64,000 nt of DNA from Tubiluchus corallicola (lineage: Eukaryota > Animalia > Priapulida): assembly GCA_030141605.1 (NCBI GenBank), contig JAQGDQ010000079.1, forward strand, positions 642,159 to 706,158, given 5' to 3'. How positions within the stretch are numbered: the stretch's first letter is position 1; every line of letters starts with the position of its first letter. The notes below the pieces were generated by a model, which saw only the letters and a list, made by a program, of their open reading frames with translations, ran no database searches and had not been told where the DNA came from. Of the stretch, positions 1 to 12,499 are shown piece by piece. The translations under genes were made by a program, and so were the position numbers.

Positions 1-1443
1 GCGGAAGCATATAATGAACCATCTGATAAGATACAACATTATTTGTGAAGAACAACATGGGTTTGTTAAGGGTAAAACAATGGTTACCCAACTGTTACAA
101 TGTTACGATGCATGGTTTGAGTTAAAAGATGCTAATAAGCCTTTTGATATAATATTACTGGACGTGAAAAAGGCATTTGATGTTGTACTTCATCACTTTC
201 TGTTCGCAAAACTTAAAAATTGTGGTATAACTGGTCCAGTTTTACAGTGGATAGTAAACTTCTTAGAAAATAGAAGACAATGTATGTGTGTTGATGGTTA
301 CAAATCGACTGAGTCCTTGATTACTAGTGGTGTACCGCAAGGTTCGGTATTAGGTCCGTGTTTATTTGTGGTATTTATAAATGATTTGCCTAGTTGTGTG
401 GGAAATTCTATTCGTCTTTTTGCTGATGACAGCAAAATCTGGTCTGAATCTGATTCTTTTACCAGCTGTAATGATCTTCAATCGGATCTAGAAGGGCTCT
501 GTGATTGGGCAGTTGAAAATGGTACGCAGTTCCATCCCAACAAGTGTAAGGTTGTATCTGTGGGAGCAGGATATGAGTATAAATACAAAATGTATGATGC
601 AAGTGGCATTCCGGCAGAATTGGACTTTAGTGCTTGTGAGAAAGACCTTGGATTATTACTTGATAATAAACTAAATTTTAAAGATCACATAGCAGAAATC
701 ATAAAGAATGCCAAACGAAACAATGCTTTAATAAGGAGGAATTTCAAGTACCTAGATCTGCAAACTTTTAAGCTTCTATATGTGGCACTTGTGCGATCAA
801 AAGTGGAATATGGAAGTAGTATTTGGAATAATCCTAGAGCATACATAGTGGACCCAGTCGAAACTGTCCAAATGAGAGCTTTCAATATGTTACCAGAACT
901 AATGAACTTGTCGTATGAAAGTCAATTAAAACGAATAGGTTTAACTACATTAGCCTTTAGACGTTTACGTGGCCAACTAATTGATGTATACAAACATGTA
1001 TCTGGAGTTTATATCTTTGATGATTGTCCTATTAAATTAAAAGTACATCGCACAGCAAGATCAGGTCCTATTGTTCATAAATCAAGAACTACACACAAAA
1101 CTGGTAAATACGACTATTTTTCTTGTACGATGCCAGAAATCTGGAGTAGATTGCCCTGTGATGTGAGAACAGCAACATCTGTAAATTTATTTAAATCAAA
1201 ATTAGATAGACACTATGAACATCATCCATTGAAATTTAATCACCGTGTTAATTGGAACATGCCTATAACAAGGATGCTGGATTACATATTATAGTGAGAA
1301 CACTTGCCAGTGGAGTCACCTAGGTGTTGATGACAATCTATTGTATGTGCAATTTGTCACAATTACAGTCGAAGAAGTATTTGTCTCAAAAGTTATATTA
1401 TAACTACTTCAGATTTACTACTACTACTACTACTACTACTTAC
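1..1443 (+). mobile_element. Non-LTR retrotransposon (CR1/L2/Jockey-type LINE), 3' part: RT ORF, 3' UTR and (CTA)n tail
   Basis: ORF 14..1294 has RT motifs QHGF, LDVKKAFD, SGVPQGSVLGP, LFADD and the C-terminal EKDLG / LVRSKVEY / RRLRGQLIDVYK blocks typical of CR1/Jockey-group LINEs. It is followed by ~120 nt of UTR and a (CTA)n tail at ~1416-1443. The element runs off the left edge. Confidence 0.9.
14..1294 (+). CDS. LINE reverse transcriptase (partial, uninterrupted ORF)
   Basis: 426-aa stop-free ORF with the catalytic FADD and GVPQGS motifs. Confidence 0.88.
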   Translation: MNHLIRYNIICEEQHGFVKGKTMVTQLLQCYDAWFELKDANKPFDIILLDVKKAFDVVLHHFLFAKLKNCGITGPVLQWIVNFLENRRQCMCVDGYKSTESLITSGVPQGSVLGPCLFVVFINDLPSCVGNSIRLFADDSKIWSESDSFTSCNDLQSDLEGLCDWAVENGTQFHPNKCKVVSVGAGYEYKYKMYDASGIPAELDFSACEKDLGLLLDNKLNFKDHIAEIIKNAKRNNALIRRNFKYLDLQTFKLLYVALVRSKVEYGSSIWNNPRAYIVDPVETVQMRAFNMLPELMNLSYESQLKRIGLTTLAFRRLRGQLIDVYKHVSGVYIFDDCPIKLKVHRTARSGPIVHKSRTTHKTGKYDYFSCTMPEIWSRLPCDVRTATSVNLFKSKLDRHYEHHPLKFNHRVNWNMPITRMLDYIL

Positions 1444-1479
1444 TCATTGATAATAGTGGTGGTATTGATATTTTTACTT

Positions 1480-1900
1480 TTGCCTTTCCAAACACTGACC
1501 GTCATAATCCAAAAATTGAAGACATACAGTCGGTGCCAGTTCATGACATTGATCTAGGCAAGCGCGTAAGGCGCAAGCTAAACTACAATGTTTGAATTTA
1601 AGCAAAATTAAATTTCTGAGTAAGGGGTGAATAAGATGAGTCATTACATGAAAATTGAATTAAATATGTTGGAATTGAAGTGCAACTTCAAAAGTGACCA
1701 TACAAGTAATTTATTGTGTCCCATGTGTAATACTCAAGAAGATGCAACTGAACATCTATTTGTTTGTAGTTATTTAAGTCAAGTAAATGTTTCGGCGATT
1801 GATGCTTGTGACCTATAAGATACGAATGTGGAAGTTGTAAGAATAAGAATTGAGTATACGGCGGCCATTGTGGAATTTAGAAAAGAATGTGGAGTGATGA
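1480..1900 (+). mobile_element. Degenerate non-LTR retrotransposon C-terminal fragment (CCHC zinc-finger region)
   Basis: ORF 1627..1818 MLELKCNFK...LLCPMCNTQEDATEHLFVC matches the CxxC..E..EHL..C tail of LINE ORF2 proteins. Flanking frames are broken by stops. Boundaries are approximate. Confidence 0.6.
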
Positions 1901-2856
1901 TACGAAGTCATAATAAATCCTGCAGTCGTTCTTGAGTGCTTGTTTGCTGATCACTCAGCATTGAACCACTGAAGTGCAACGAAAAATTCGAAGCAACAAA
2001 AGATAAACTATAGACGTAAATACAGTGCACAAATCACTGTCTTAATCTACCACTTAGTGCCATCTTTTAATCAATATTGCTCACACTTACTCCATGCACG
2101 AGACAGGTACTGCTAAAATTTAACTTTACATTAGCTTAATTACTTAGTTTGTTTGTAGAATGTTGTGTAATTTTCAAATCTTAATAGCTTTAAATTTTCA
2201 TTTTTTCCGACTTCAATCGGAAAAATCATAAACACATTTCAATTTTATTTATATTTTTTTAAGTTTTATTTCAATTGTACCATTTAAACGTACATCCAAT
2301 GGTGTACATTCAATTGTACATATAGCTGGATTTAATTTACAGATGCGAATTTGTTGCGCTAATTGCTTTTTTACTAACCTGTGCAAATAAAAAACGACAA
2401 ATTTCAGGTATATCATGTCAATGAGGTGTAGTATTATGTTGCGAAAAAAGATGTTCGTGTCTGTATCTAGTCACTCAGTCAGCATAATAACTTAACGAAT
2501 GTCCGTTCTCTTAAAACTGTGTAAATGAAAAAATGTGCATCTTTCCAGATTGCGAATTCAAATTCTTGGTGCAAGCGGTGTGGCAATGTATTGTGGCTAC
2601 TATTGGCGGGCCGGCAGCTAGTGGCTGCGATTACGCGAAGCAGTCGTAACAAAACTGTTTTTTCAGTATTTCCGTGCGCAATATCATTGAGATAGTGGTG
2701 TGACGCCCAGCGTCCGTTCTAAAATGGATGCGCACATGAAAGTGTGTGTTTTCTCGCGGAATTTAAACTGTTTACGTAGTTTTGCTAGTTTATCAAATAC
2801 AGTTACTAAAGTATCACAGTTTAAAATAGTTATTGCTTGAGGACAAACTACTCAAT

Positions 2857-5800
2857 ATGGTAGTTGAAATTGATTGTATAATAAAAGTAGGGGGAGGTGC
2901 TTTGACTCACAAGAAAGAATCGAAGCAAGAGGTTAAAAAAGATGCTTTGCGAACTGTGGCAAAAATAATGACGTTGTGTATGGTCAAACGATTAAAATGC
3001 ATCGTAGTTCATGGTGCTGGGTACGTAAAACAATCATTTTGTGTTCGGCTTAATGGAGTTAATCTGGATTCAATTCCTGCTCCAACGATAGTGACTAAAA
3101 AGTACCTGCATGACATATATGTATGTATGACGTGTATGTAGAGAATGATTTTTTTGCTTGGGGATTTATCACTGCCTTCGCTACTTTAATTAAAAGCTCC
3201 AATTAGAAAATAAACAAAACACGGGCGAATTCAGTTACCCAGCTTTCATCAACTATTTCGTAATGATTTGAGGCCAGAGGGTTGCAGAAAATGTAAGTTC
3301 ATGAAGTGGGGCTCGTGCAGACCGTCTGGAATCTCTGAGTAGGCCCTGTGGCATTGAAAGTATTGTTAACTGTAGCTTTGTTTTTAGAATAAAAATAAAA
3401 TAACTAGTTGGGACAGTCTGGCATGTTAATATAAGATTACAAAATGTTGTGAGAAGTGACTAGTAATAAAGTGCATTGCATGCTGTCTCCCGAAATCTTG
3501 AAAAATGAAAGTATGCCTGCAGTTTGTAGTTAAATTGTAAAAGTAGCAAAACTGTTGAAACATAGAAAGTCAAATGAACTTTTAGTGCAGAGTAAGTCAA
3601 AATTAACGTTAGAAAGAACAAAGTAACGAATTCATGAGCATGTCAATAAAATTGTTAATCACAAGTATTTTTAGGACAAAATTTCAAAGTGGTATTAAAA
3701 TGCAGTTTTAAAATATAAAAATTGTATTTTTACCCTAAAACAGGTCAGCAAAATAGTATTTTTAAAACAATTAACTTACTGTATAATAAAGGTAAGCTAA
3801 AGCAGAAATTTGCTGAACAGAACCAAACAAAATAGCTCAGAAATTTATCCGAACCGAACTAAACTGGACACTATATTTTAATTTCTAAAACTGAACCAAA
3901 CCGAATATTTTCGTGTATAGTAATTACCAATTTTCTAAGCCGGATAAAATGTGCAATAAAGACTTTGAGAACTCACTGTTAAATCATCACTTTAATGACT
4001 TTATGCATATTATGTTGTTTAATATTTTATTGTTTTAATTTTTTGAGAATTTCTAGAACTACAGTGTTCTCTCACTTATCGCGGGTGTTCCATTCCAGGC
4101 CCACCCGCGATAAGTGAATTTCCGCGAAGTAGGGACGCGAATATATACTTATTTCAGTAGTTATACATTATTTTAAGTCTTTATAAACCCTCCCCACACT
4201 CTTATACATATGCATAACCCTTTCCCATTCCCTTAATAACTTTTCCCATACTGTACATGTACTGTACAATACGTACTACGCATGTGCAAAAATACTTTAG
4301 ACGGAGTACCGCAAAAACCCGCCAAACAGCGAAAATACCGCGATAAATATTTTACATTAATACTTTTGAAAACCTGCGAAACAGCGAGACAACTATAAAT
4401 GAACTGCAAAGTAGCTAGGGAACACTGTATGTCTAATTTATAGTTAATCAAAGTCTTGGGTATACTAGTACTAAGTTCCTACTAAATTACTAATTTAAGC
4501 CATAGTGCTGATTATTATTACCCTGTCTGTGGATCCACCACAGCACTACTTCATCAAAATAATTGATCTAATACACATTACACAAATCTTCTTTACATAT
4601 ACTAATATCATTTCATTTAAAGTACAACATATAATTTAGTTATGGAAATTGTGAATGCCAGTGCGATGGTAGTGAGGTGCCAGTGCGAGCTCTAACGTTG
4701 CATTTATAAGAAAGTTTTACACTTAGCTATGTGGCTTCACCTAGTTATTTCAGTAATTATTATGTTTATATATGATATATGATATTATGATATATGGTTT
4801 TAGCTTATTCATTCAATCGTGTATATCTCATTAAATTCTTTAATTGATGTCTGCTGAAGGACTGAAAAAAATCTTAAATTTACGTACTGTAACTATAATA
4901 TTATATCGTAGTTATTCACTATAATAGCTCAGCTGCCTATTACTTAATTGGATTCTCTGCAATGCGCTCAGTCTGATAACTGACTCCAGCTGATTATGTC
5001 AAAGAGCTTCCTAATTCAAGTCTCAAGGTCATTTAACTTGGCTCCCACTGTCACCTTCCGCTGTGTATTACCATCTTTTTAAAATGTGTGAAAGAAACTA
5101 GAAGATAAAATTGGTAATTTTTGCAAACGTGCAAATTTCATAATTTCGCCAGATATAGGCAGCATGTTCCGGGTGGAACTGAATCAGATATCTGATCCGG
5201 ATCCGGCCCCAGATATCTCATCACTATCCGAAGTTTGGCTCATCTGTACTATATAAATAAGGTTAGAGAAGAATTGCAATAATTACAATAAATACACAAA
5301 GTGACAGCACTGCATTGACAAAACAATAGTTACTGCGCACTATACATCAATTATAGTTTATGCACTACTGGTGGGATCAGTTAATCAGTTTTTCTGTCAT
5401 CTGAACATAGTGTTGATTAAACACAAGTTCAAAGAAAACAATGTTTGTTTATTACCTTAATGGGGTACTTGCATTTACTTTATTGCAAAACAAAAGTTTG
5501 GAATGATTTTGAAAGACCTATAAGTATTTTTTATAGTACATTCATCGCTAACACAAATTTATAAATTGCATTATTTTACAGGTCATATGGGCATGGTTCT
5601 GCAAAGCAATGGGGACTAAAACTTGGGTGGAAAGGGAATCAGAAAGATCCTGATTATCCTGAACCTCTAAATAGAGTAAAAATGGGTTTCTGCATCACTC
5701 ACAGAGAAGTCTTACAGGTAATTGCTATGTTGAAACATGTATTACATATTCTTGACTAATAGTTTCACTGGCTGTGAGTAATGCACAGTTCACAGATTTG

Positions 5801-8800
5801 CGATGTAATTGTTGACTGGTAATTATAGTAGGATTGCAGAACTCGAAACTGGGAACTGGATAAAATAGAATTTGCTGATTTATGGTTTGCAAACTTGATA
5901 TAATTCTGGCTACAGTTTATTCCTGTTCAAGCTAAAGAGCAAAAATATATTAAATTAAATTAATTAAAATCAAATAGTGTGCTTGTTGTACTTCAAGTTG
6001 GATAAATTAAATCCATGTCGACTTGATGTAGAAGTTTGTTTATTTAATACTTGTCTGTTTGCTTCTTCAGCTTAATCAGATGATAGTCAAGGAAATGACA
6101 GAACATGGTGTACAAGCTCTGGCACAGTCCGTAAGTTTTTATTTTCTTGCTGTGCAATTTACAAAGGTTTGCCAATGAAAATAACAATCCAGTTTTAGTT
6201 TTCGATTATAACTTAAAAACTGCTAAAACTATAAATTTGTGACTTTCACAGCAAAAAGTTAGTGCATTAAACTATCATGCTGTGAAATTTCAACTTTTTA
6301 GGCCACTCGCTTCTAATATCATTATAGTCTAAACTTTGAAACTTTTTTCTGCACGCTACATATATATGTACATTGCACTCCTTATGGTTGGGGAATGACA
6401 TTATGCAACTGATCTAAGTAACATGACAGTCCATATCATGTCTAAATGATTACAGTATGATTATCAGCATTAACTTCAAAAATTCAAATATGCAATATCT
6501 AGAAGTATGATAAACATTTCATTTTAGAAAACTAAGTAAAGCAGCCTTTTGTGTATATGATGGTTAAACCTAAGTTTGCCTAATACAAAGTTCTGACGAC
6601 CATTTATATGTACCACATATAATATATTCATTTAAGTTCAGGAATATTACAGTAAAAGTATGATTAGTCAAGCTTACGCATAACAGTATGTTGACTAAGC
6701 TCAGCACTAACTAGAAGCAGCTGTAGTATCTTTACTGACTAACTCTTGTGTCTCTAAAATTTAAGTAAGAAGATTGGAATGAGACAGCCAGGTACTGTAA
6801 TCGTTATCATTTTGTGGTGACTATAAATAGATAGTATCATTAATATTTTTGAAGTAGCAGAAGAAATGGTCCAAACACAGTACTCAGGGGCATATTCACT
6901 AATAGGGGTGTAGTATTAAAAATTCTTATTCACTTCAGAAAATATCTTTTCCTATTCACAAAAAGTGCATGTGTTATAACACATCGCAAGCAGTTGCTGA
7001 ATCCGCATTTACATAAAAGCCGTTGTAATAAACAAGTACAATTTTTTTTGTAATCAGTTGTGCATCCTGCTTAAATATCAGTACTAATGTAATAAACATT
7101 AATTATGTGCATATGTACTAGCAGAGTTTTGCCATTTAAAAAAATATTCTATATTTGGGCAATTGTTTGTATACAGTCTCTTGAACACTGCAATATCCTA
7201 TAGCTTCATTAAAAGTTCAGAAGTAAAACTTTGATTTTTTTGTTGCATGCTGCTTTGATTTCAAACAGTTTCTCTTAAAGTTTTTCAAAAATGATTTTCA
7301 GCCTTTTTCGACTTGGGAAACAGATTATGGAATAGTTGTAAAACACAACATTGAAGCCCTCACAAGACAGATTGAACTTGGATTTATACCGGTGTTACAT
7401 GGTGATACGGTTTTTGACCGAAGTTGGGGTTGCCACATACTTAGTGGAGACACCATTGTCGAGGTAACAAAAGTAAAATTTCACTTTTGCTCAAAAATTG
7501 CATATTGTAAATGGGATATGCAATTTGAAATTCATATTCCGTTGATTATTTACCTCATAGACGTTAATGGTGTATATGACAAGCCTCCAGAGTGTGGTAA
7601 GGTTTTTACTATTATTTACATCAAGAAAATCAAACATAGTTCTCTAATGAAGGATTAACATGCTTTTTTGTGCTTGATGGTTTAAGATAATTTGTAAGCT
7701 TCACAATAAGGCTGATTGTTTATACAGCAATTTGCTTGGTTTTTTATCTTTAATCTTAAAAATCTAAATTTTAGTATCTTCCAGCAGAGTTCCATTAATC
7801 AATACTGACCACGAAGCACTGATGCGTGTCTGTGTTTGCTCCCCCAGAAAATGTTGAAAAAAATTAAGGTCAATTTCCTTGCACCTGAACTAATCCTTAC
7901 TGGGTATCTTTCTGATGTGTTTCCCTGTAGGAAGGACGAAATGCAATTAGCTATTCAGTTGATCAGATTTATCTAGAAATCTACACCGTAACTATAAATG
8001 CTAATTGTTTGAACAAGCATTTTTTCTATTGTTTGAATAAGAGCCCCGTGATTGATTTGGTGAAAAAATAAGGGCCTCAGCTCTAAAACAGTTAAACACC
8101 GTGCATGTTTCATTTTAGTTGCTGAGCACAACAATGAATGTACGGAGAGTCATTTATCTCACAGATGTTAATGGTGTATATGACAAGCCTCCAGAGTGCG
8201 GTAAGGTTTTTACTATTATTTACATCAAGAAAATCAAACATAGTTCTCTAATGAAGGATTAGCATGCTTTTTTGTGCTTGATGGTTCAAGATAATTTGTA
8301 ATCTTCACAATAAGGCTGATTGTTTGTACAGGAATTTGCTTTTGAAATAACTGAGGGGGCATATTGTCTCTTTTCTTTTTGCAAGAGGTTTTCTTGTCGT
8401 CCTTGAAAACATTCGGTGAATTGAACCGTTGCTGCCTTGCTATTATGAATGAACATGTTCGATGAACATACGGCCGTTCCATCATGCTACTGACAAAATG
8501 TCATGTACATATAATGACATTAAATGAGAACGAGGTTTCGCTAATAAAGTCTATGTTGTTTTAATTCTCTCAATTTCAGACTTAAACTCTGCAAGTGAGT
8601 GCACAAGTTGGTTTTACTTATCGAAATTATCCTTTGTTGTACTTTTACAAACTTTGTATGTTCAATGTGTTTACTGGAATGCAAAACAGAGAACCTTAAA
8701 ATTTTAACTGTTTCAGACCTGATATAGATCAAAATATAGCTGTTATTAGAGAGGGTATCTCACTTTGACAATGTGGCACCATGTATAATATATTGAGTAT

Positions 8801-9373
8801 ATACTGTATATACTACGTCCTTTCTTATTTACATAAAACAAAAAATGTGGCTCTGCCTGATGCTGCTAAATTCCACACATTTATCTTAGCATTTTTATAT
8901 TATTATGACCTTTGAATTTCATTCTTTGGGAATTAGTGGCAAAGAAAGGCAATTAAAATACGCTTGAATTTTTTTACTGCATTTTTCAAGGTTTTTATTT
9001 TCTTTCCCTATAAGCATTTTTACAGACTGTGGTAAAGTACCGATGTATTGCACAGCTCTTTTCGACAATTACCTGAATTTTTTTCATAGCTGGTGCCAGA
9101 TTAATTCCGACATTGAAAATCTCATCTCACAGTGACATCTACAATGTAATAAAAACAACACCTGATGAAAATGGCGGAGAAAACAGTGCGGATTGCAATG
9201 ACGTTACTGGAGGTTTTCAGACAAAGGTGAGCGCAGCAGCAGAAACTGTCTTAAAAACTGAGGGTCGAACACCTGTATTTATCTGCCGTTTGACATCCAC
9301 GGGGGCCATCAATGCTGTGATCAAGGGTGAAATTACAGACTGTGAAGGAACAGTGTTATCATTAAAAACGTGA
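2857..9373 (+). CDS. IPK: Isopentenyl phosphate kinase-like protein (amino acid kinase family), 6 exons, 295 aa
   Basis: Exons 2857-3020, 5582-5717, 6071-6130, 7302-7463, 8119-8200 and 9090-9373 are all GT-AG with matching phases (888 nt). The protein has IKVGGGALTHK, VVHGAGSYGH (IPK signature His), PVLHGD, ILSGD, YLTDVNGVYDKPP, DVTGGFQTK and a terminal GT motif. Confidence 0.9.
4062..4427. mobile_element. Tigger/pogo-type MITE in IPK intron 1
   Basis: TA-CAGTGTTCTCT at the left and AGGGAACACTG-TA at the right form terminal inverted repeats with a TA target duplication. Internal CCGCGATAA subterminal motifs. Confidence 0.8.
7548..7737 (+). repeat. 190-bp direct duplicate of IPK exon 5 3' half plus its donor and following intron (source 8152-8341)
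   Basis: Ungapped match at offset 604; I count 9 mismatches by eye. Confidence 0.95.
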
Positions 9374-12300
9374 GCATTGAAAGGACTTAATTGTGTACAA
9401 TACACAGCATCAAAGGAGGTGTGAAAAGTGCATTAACCTTTTAACATAGACATTTTGTAGCTCCATTAACAGCTGTGATGGTGTCAAACAACAAAAGCCT
9501 GAAAAATAACTTTTAACCACAGAAAAGGGATAGATACTGAAATTGTGAAGGGAAGATCACTTGAAAAGATATTAATTTTATGAGCAATAGTTTGTGTTAA
9601 AGCCTTTTTAGACTCTGACTTGTTTGGAGGACAAATAACCAGTAACCACACTTTTATAGAAATAATCACATACTATTTGATTTTTAACTGAATGGCATAC
9701 AATTTGCAACACTTGACAGTAGTGTTATTAATGAGGCACTGGATACCACTCATATTCCTGCTTGAGTACTTGACGTGTACCTATCTTGAAGCAGTTTTTC
9801 TTGTGATTTTGACTGGTTATTGTCTAATGTATAGTACAGGGTAGGGTACAGTACAAGGTGCATATGTAACTAGACTTTAACTTTAGGAGTGTGGAACCTA
9901 GGTTATTCAGATGGTTAACTGTAAGTACATGCAATTGCATACTGCGCAAGTACAAAAATTCCCAGTTTTCTGCCGAAAATCAATGTAACAATAAAAACTC
10001 CTTTTTATATGCTTGCTAAAATGTCAACAAGGTTCTAAACATTTATGTATTATATCCCACAAATCTATGGGGTCCTGTACTTTGTCACTATTTCATGAAA
10101 TGTGGAGCAGTGTCAGTTGTGTTCTGAATTTTGCCACACATTTTTCATTTCCTTTTTCTGGATTTATTCTTAGTACATATAATTCATTTGCTACCCCAGT
10201 ATATTTGTATGTACCATTATAATGAATGAATTTTTTTCATTTAAGATTCGTCATGTTTTACTTTTATTTCATTCTAATTAGAAAGGCTACATAAATTTCG
10301 TAATTTTTACCACAGAATAGTTATAATAAAACACAACAATAAGGCCTGTTTTCTCCTCCATCTGCAGTAATCAACTAATTAACTAAAAAACTGCTGACTT
10401 TTAAAAGAATCATGATTTGCAGATTTGTTGATATGTAACTATTTGGCTTTTTTAACTGTACATATTTTTGTTATAATTTCATAACATAATTGAGATCACG
10501 GATTCTGACTTTAATGTTTTAACTGGTTTTCTTACATGTTCTATTGTTTGTACACCATTTTCAATATTAATTCAAATCTATAATTAACGAATTACAGTGT
10601 TTAGTGTAAAATGGTACTCTTAGAATAAGTTTAAATTCGACATTTTTTAACAGTATAATGGCAAACCACACTTAATATCTAAATTTGTTACTAGAAAAAA
10701 AATCAACGTTTCATCTATTCGTAGTAAACTTCCTTATGTTGTAAAGAATCAATTACAGTACTACAAATAAACAAAGGTCTTTTTTGTAAAAAATTTAAAT
10801 AATTATGTGGTTTGCCATTCTATTGTTAAAAATTTTTGGCTCAAGTTGACTACGTGCCAATCGGTTTGTTGAAGGTTTAAATTATTTGTACTTCTAATCT
10901 CAATATAATCAGTTTTTATCACTCCTTGACTAGAACTAATACACAGCTCAAGACGAGCTTCTGATATTGCATTTGTTCCATATCTGACGGGCAACTTTTG
11001 TCTCAATATTTTGAAACAATAAAAATGTACAGTTAATGCTCTTAACAAATGGTGTACTTTAGTATAATACTGTAATTTAGTAGTATTGTGTATAACTACT
11101 ATTATAACACTTATTTTATTACTATTAAGCTGACACTTATTTTTTATTCAATATTTCAAATCAAGACAAATAAAATCTGGTCATTTTAGTAAGTTTTTAT
11201 GCTATTTGTCTGCTAACTTCATGATAAATTTGATGCTTCTGTTTCCAATTAATGAACTTTTTTGGCAAGTCTTACTCACAACTCTATGATGAGTCTCGCT
11301 AGCTGTTCTTTTGTTCACGAGACAGTTGCAGATTTTTCCACATGGCAGTATACAGCTTGGCCACCTTTGCAAATACAGTACACATTTTGAAATCAAAACA
11401 TTATTGTTACTTTTATTAGTTGGCAATTTCTTCAAAGGGCATTTAAGCTTGTCTAATGTGAAGCTATCTGAAAATTTATTCTGTCCCAAGAAACCCCAAA
11501 AGCCGTTCATTAGATGCCGACCTGCTTAATAGACAAACAGCTAAAGTGAAGTAGAAAGGTTTGCTAAATGCAAATTCAAACTGCAAGCCATGTAAGCATT
11601 TTTTACGTTCAGCAAAGTGTCTTAAAATAAAGAAGCTGCAGAGCCATTCTTCATAGTTTCCAGTTACTGATGTTGCATGGCGAGTTTGGTTATAAAAAAA
11701 CAAGAACAAACATTATCTTTATGGTAAAACGTAAGTAATTTATTGCAAATAGAAATAAGATTTTTTGAGCCAAAATGCAATACCCGAATGATGAACTGTC
11801 AACTTTACAACAATAAAATACGGTAACGTGAATCAACTTGCAATTTTGTAGCAAGAAAAACATCGCAACACTGCTTCTTGTTTTCAATGTTGGAATGGCA
11901 CAACAATATAGAAACTAAGCTTAACTAAAGAGTTCACATAGCTAAAGTTATCTAAAATAATTTAAACTACATGCCTCTTGACTAGTCTAATGTTCAACTT
12001 TCAAGCAAGAACATGTAACCTATGGGTTATTTATAGTGTGCAGACAAATGTTTACCCAGAGCAGAGCGAAACCCAATACAGCTACATTTAGCCTGCTGAA
12101 ATGTCACCGGGGGGAAAATATCTACAGACTTCCTGCAGGAAAATAAATTAGAAGCCGGCCAATGTGCATTGAATAACTGTATTCTTAGTTATAGAAGCTG
12201 GTAAAATGAGTTAGACAACAACTTACAAACTCTAAACAGACAGTAAGATCTTGCAGAAAACTAATTTAAATGGTTTGAAATGCTGAAATTGTTTTTAGAA

Positions 12301-12499
12301 AAACAGTTTTTTCCAGAAAGCTTATTTTGAAAAATTAAATACTACTCTGAGCCTTTAAACACGCATTACAACTATCCGCAGAGATTCTATGTGCGAGAGA
12401 CAAAACATACATAACATTATACGTAATAATAATATATAACAACAACTACGTATAATAACAGCCATATTATCTTATAGACATGACACTGTTCATGAGGAT

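Noticed and set aside
3815-3910. AACCGA repeats (also CCGGATCCGG at ~5200 and GGGTACCCG at ~22350)
   Set aside because: Probably hAT/MITE subterminal debris, but the ends could not be defined.
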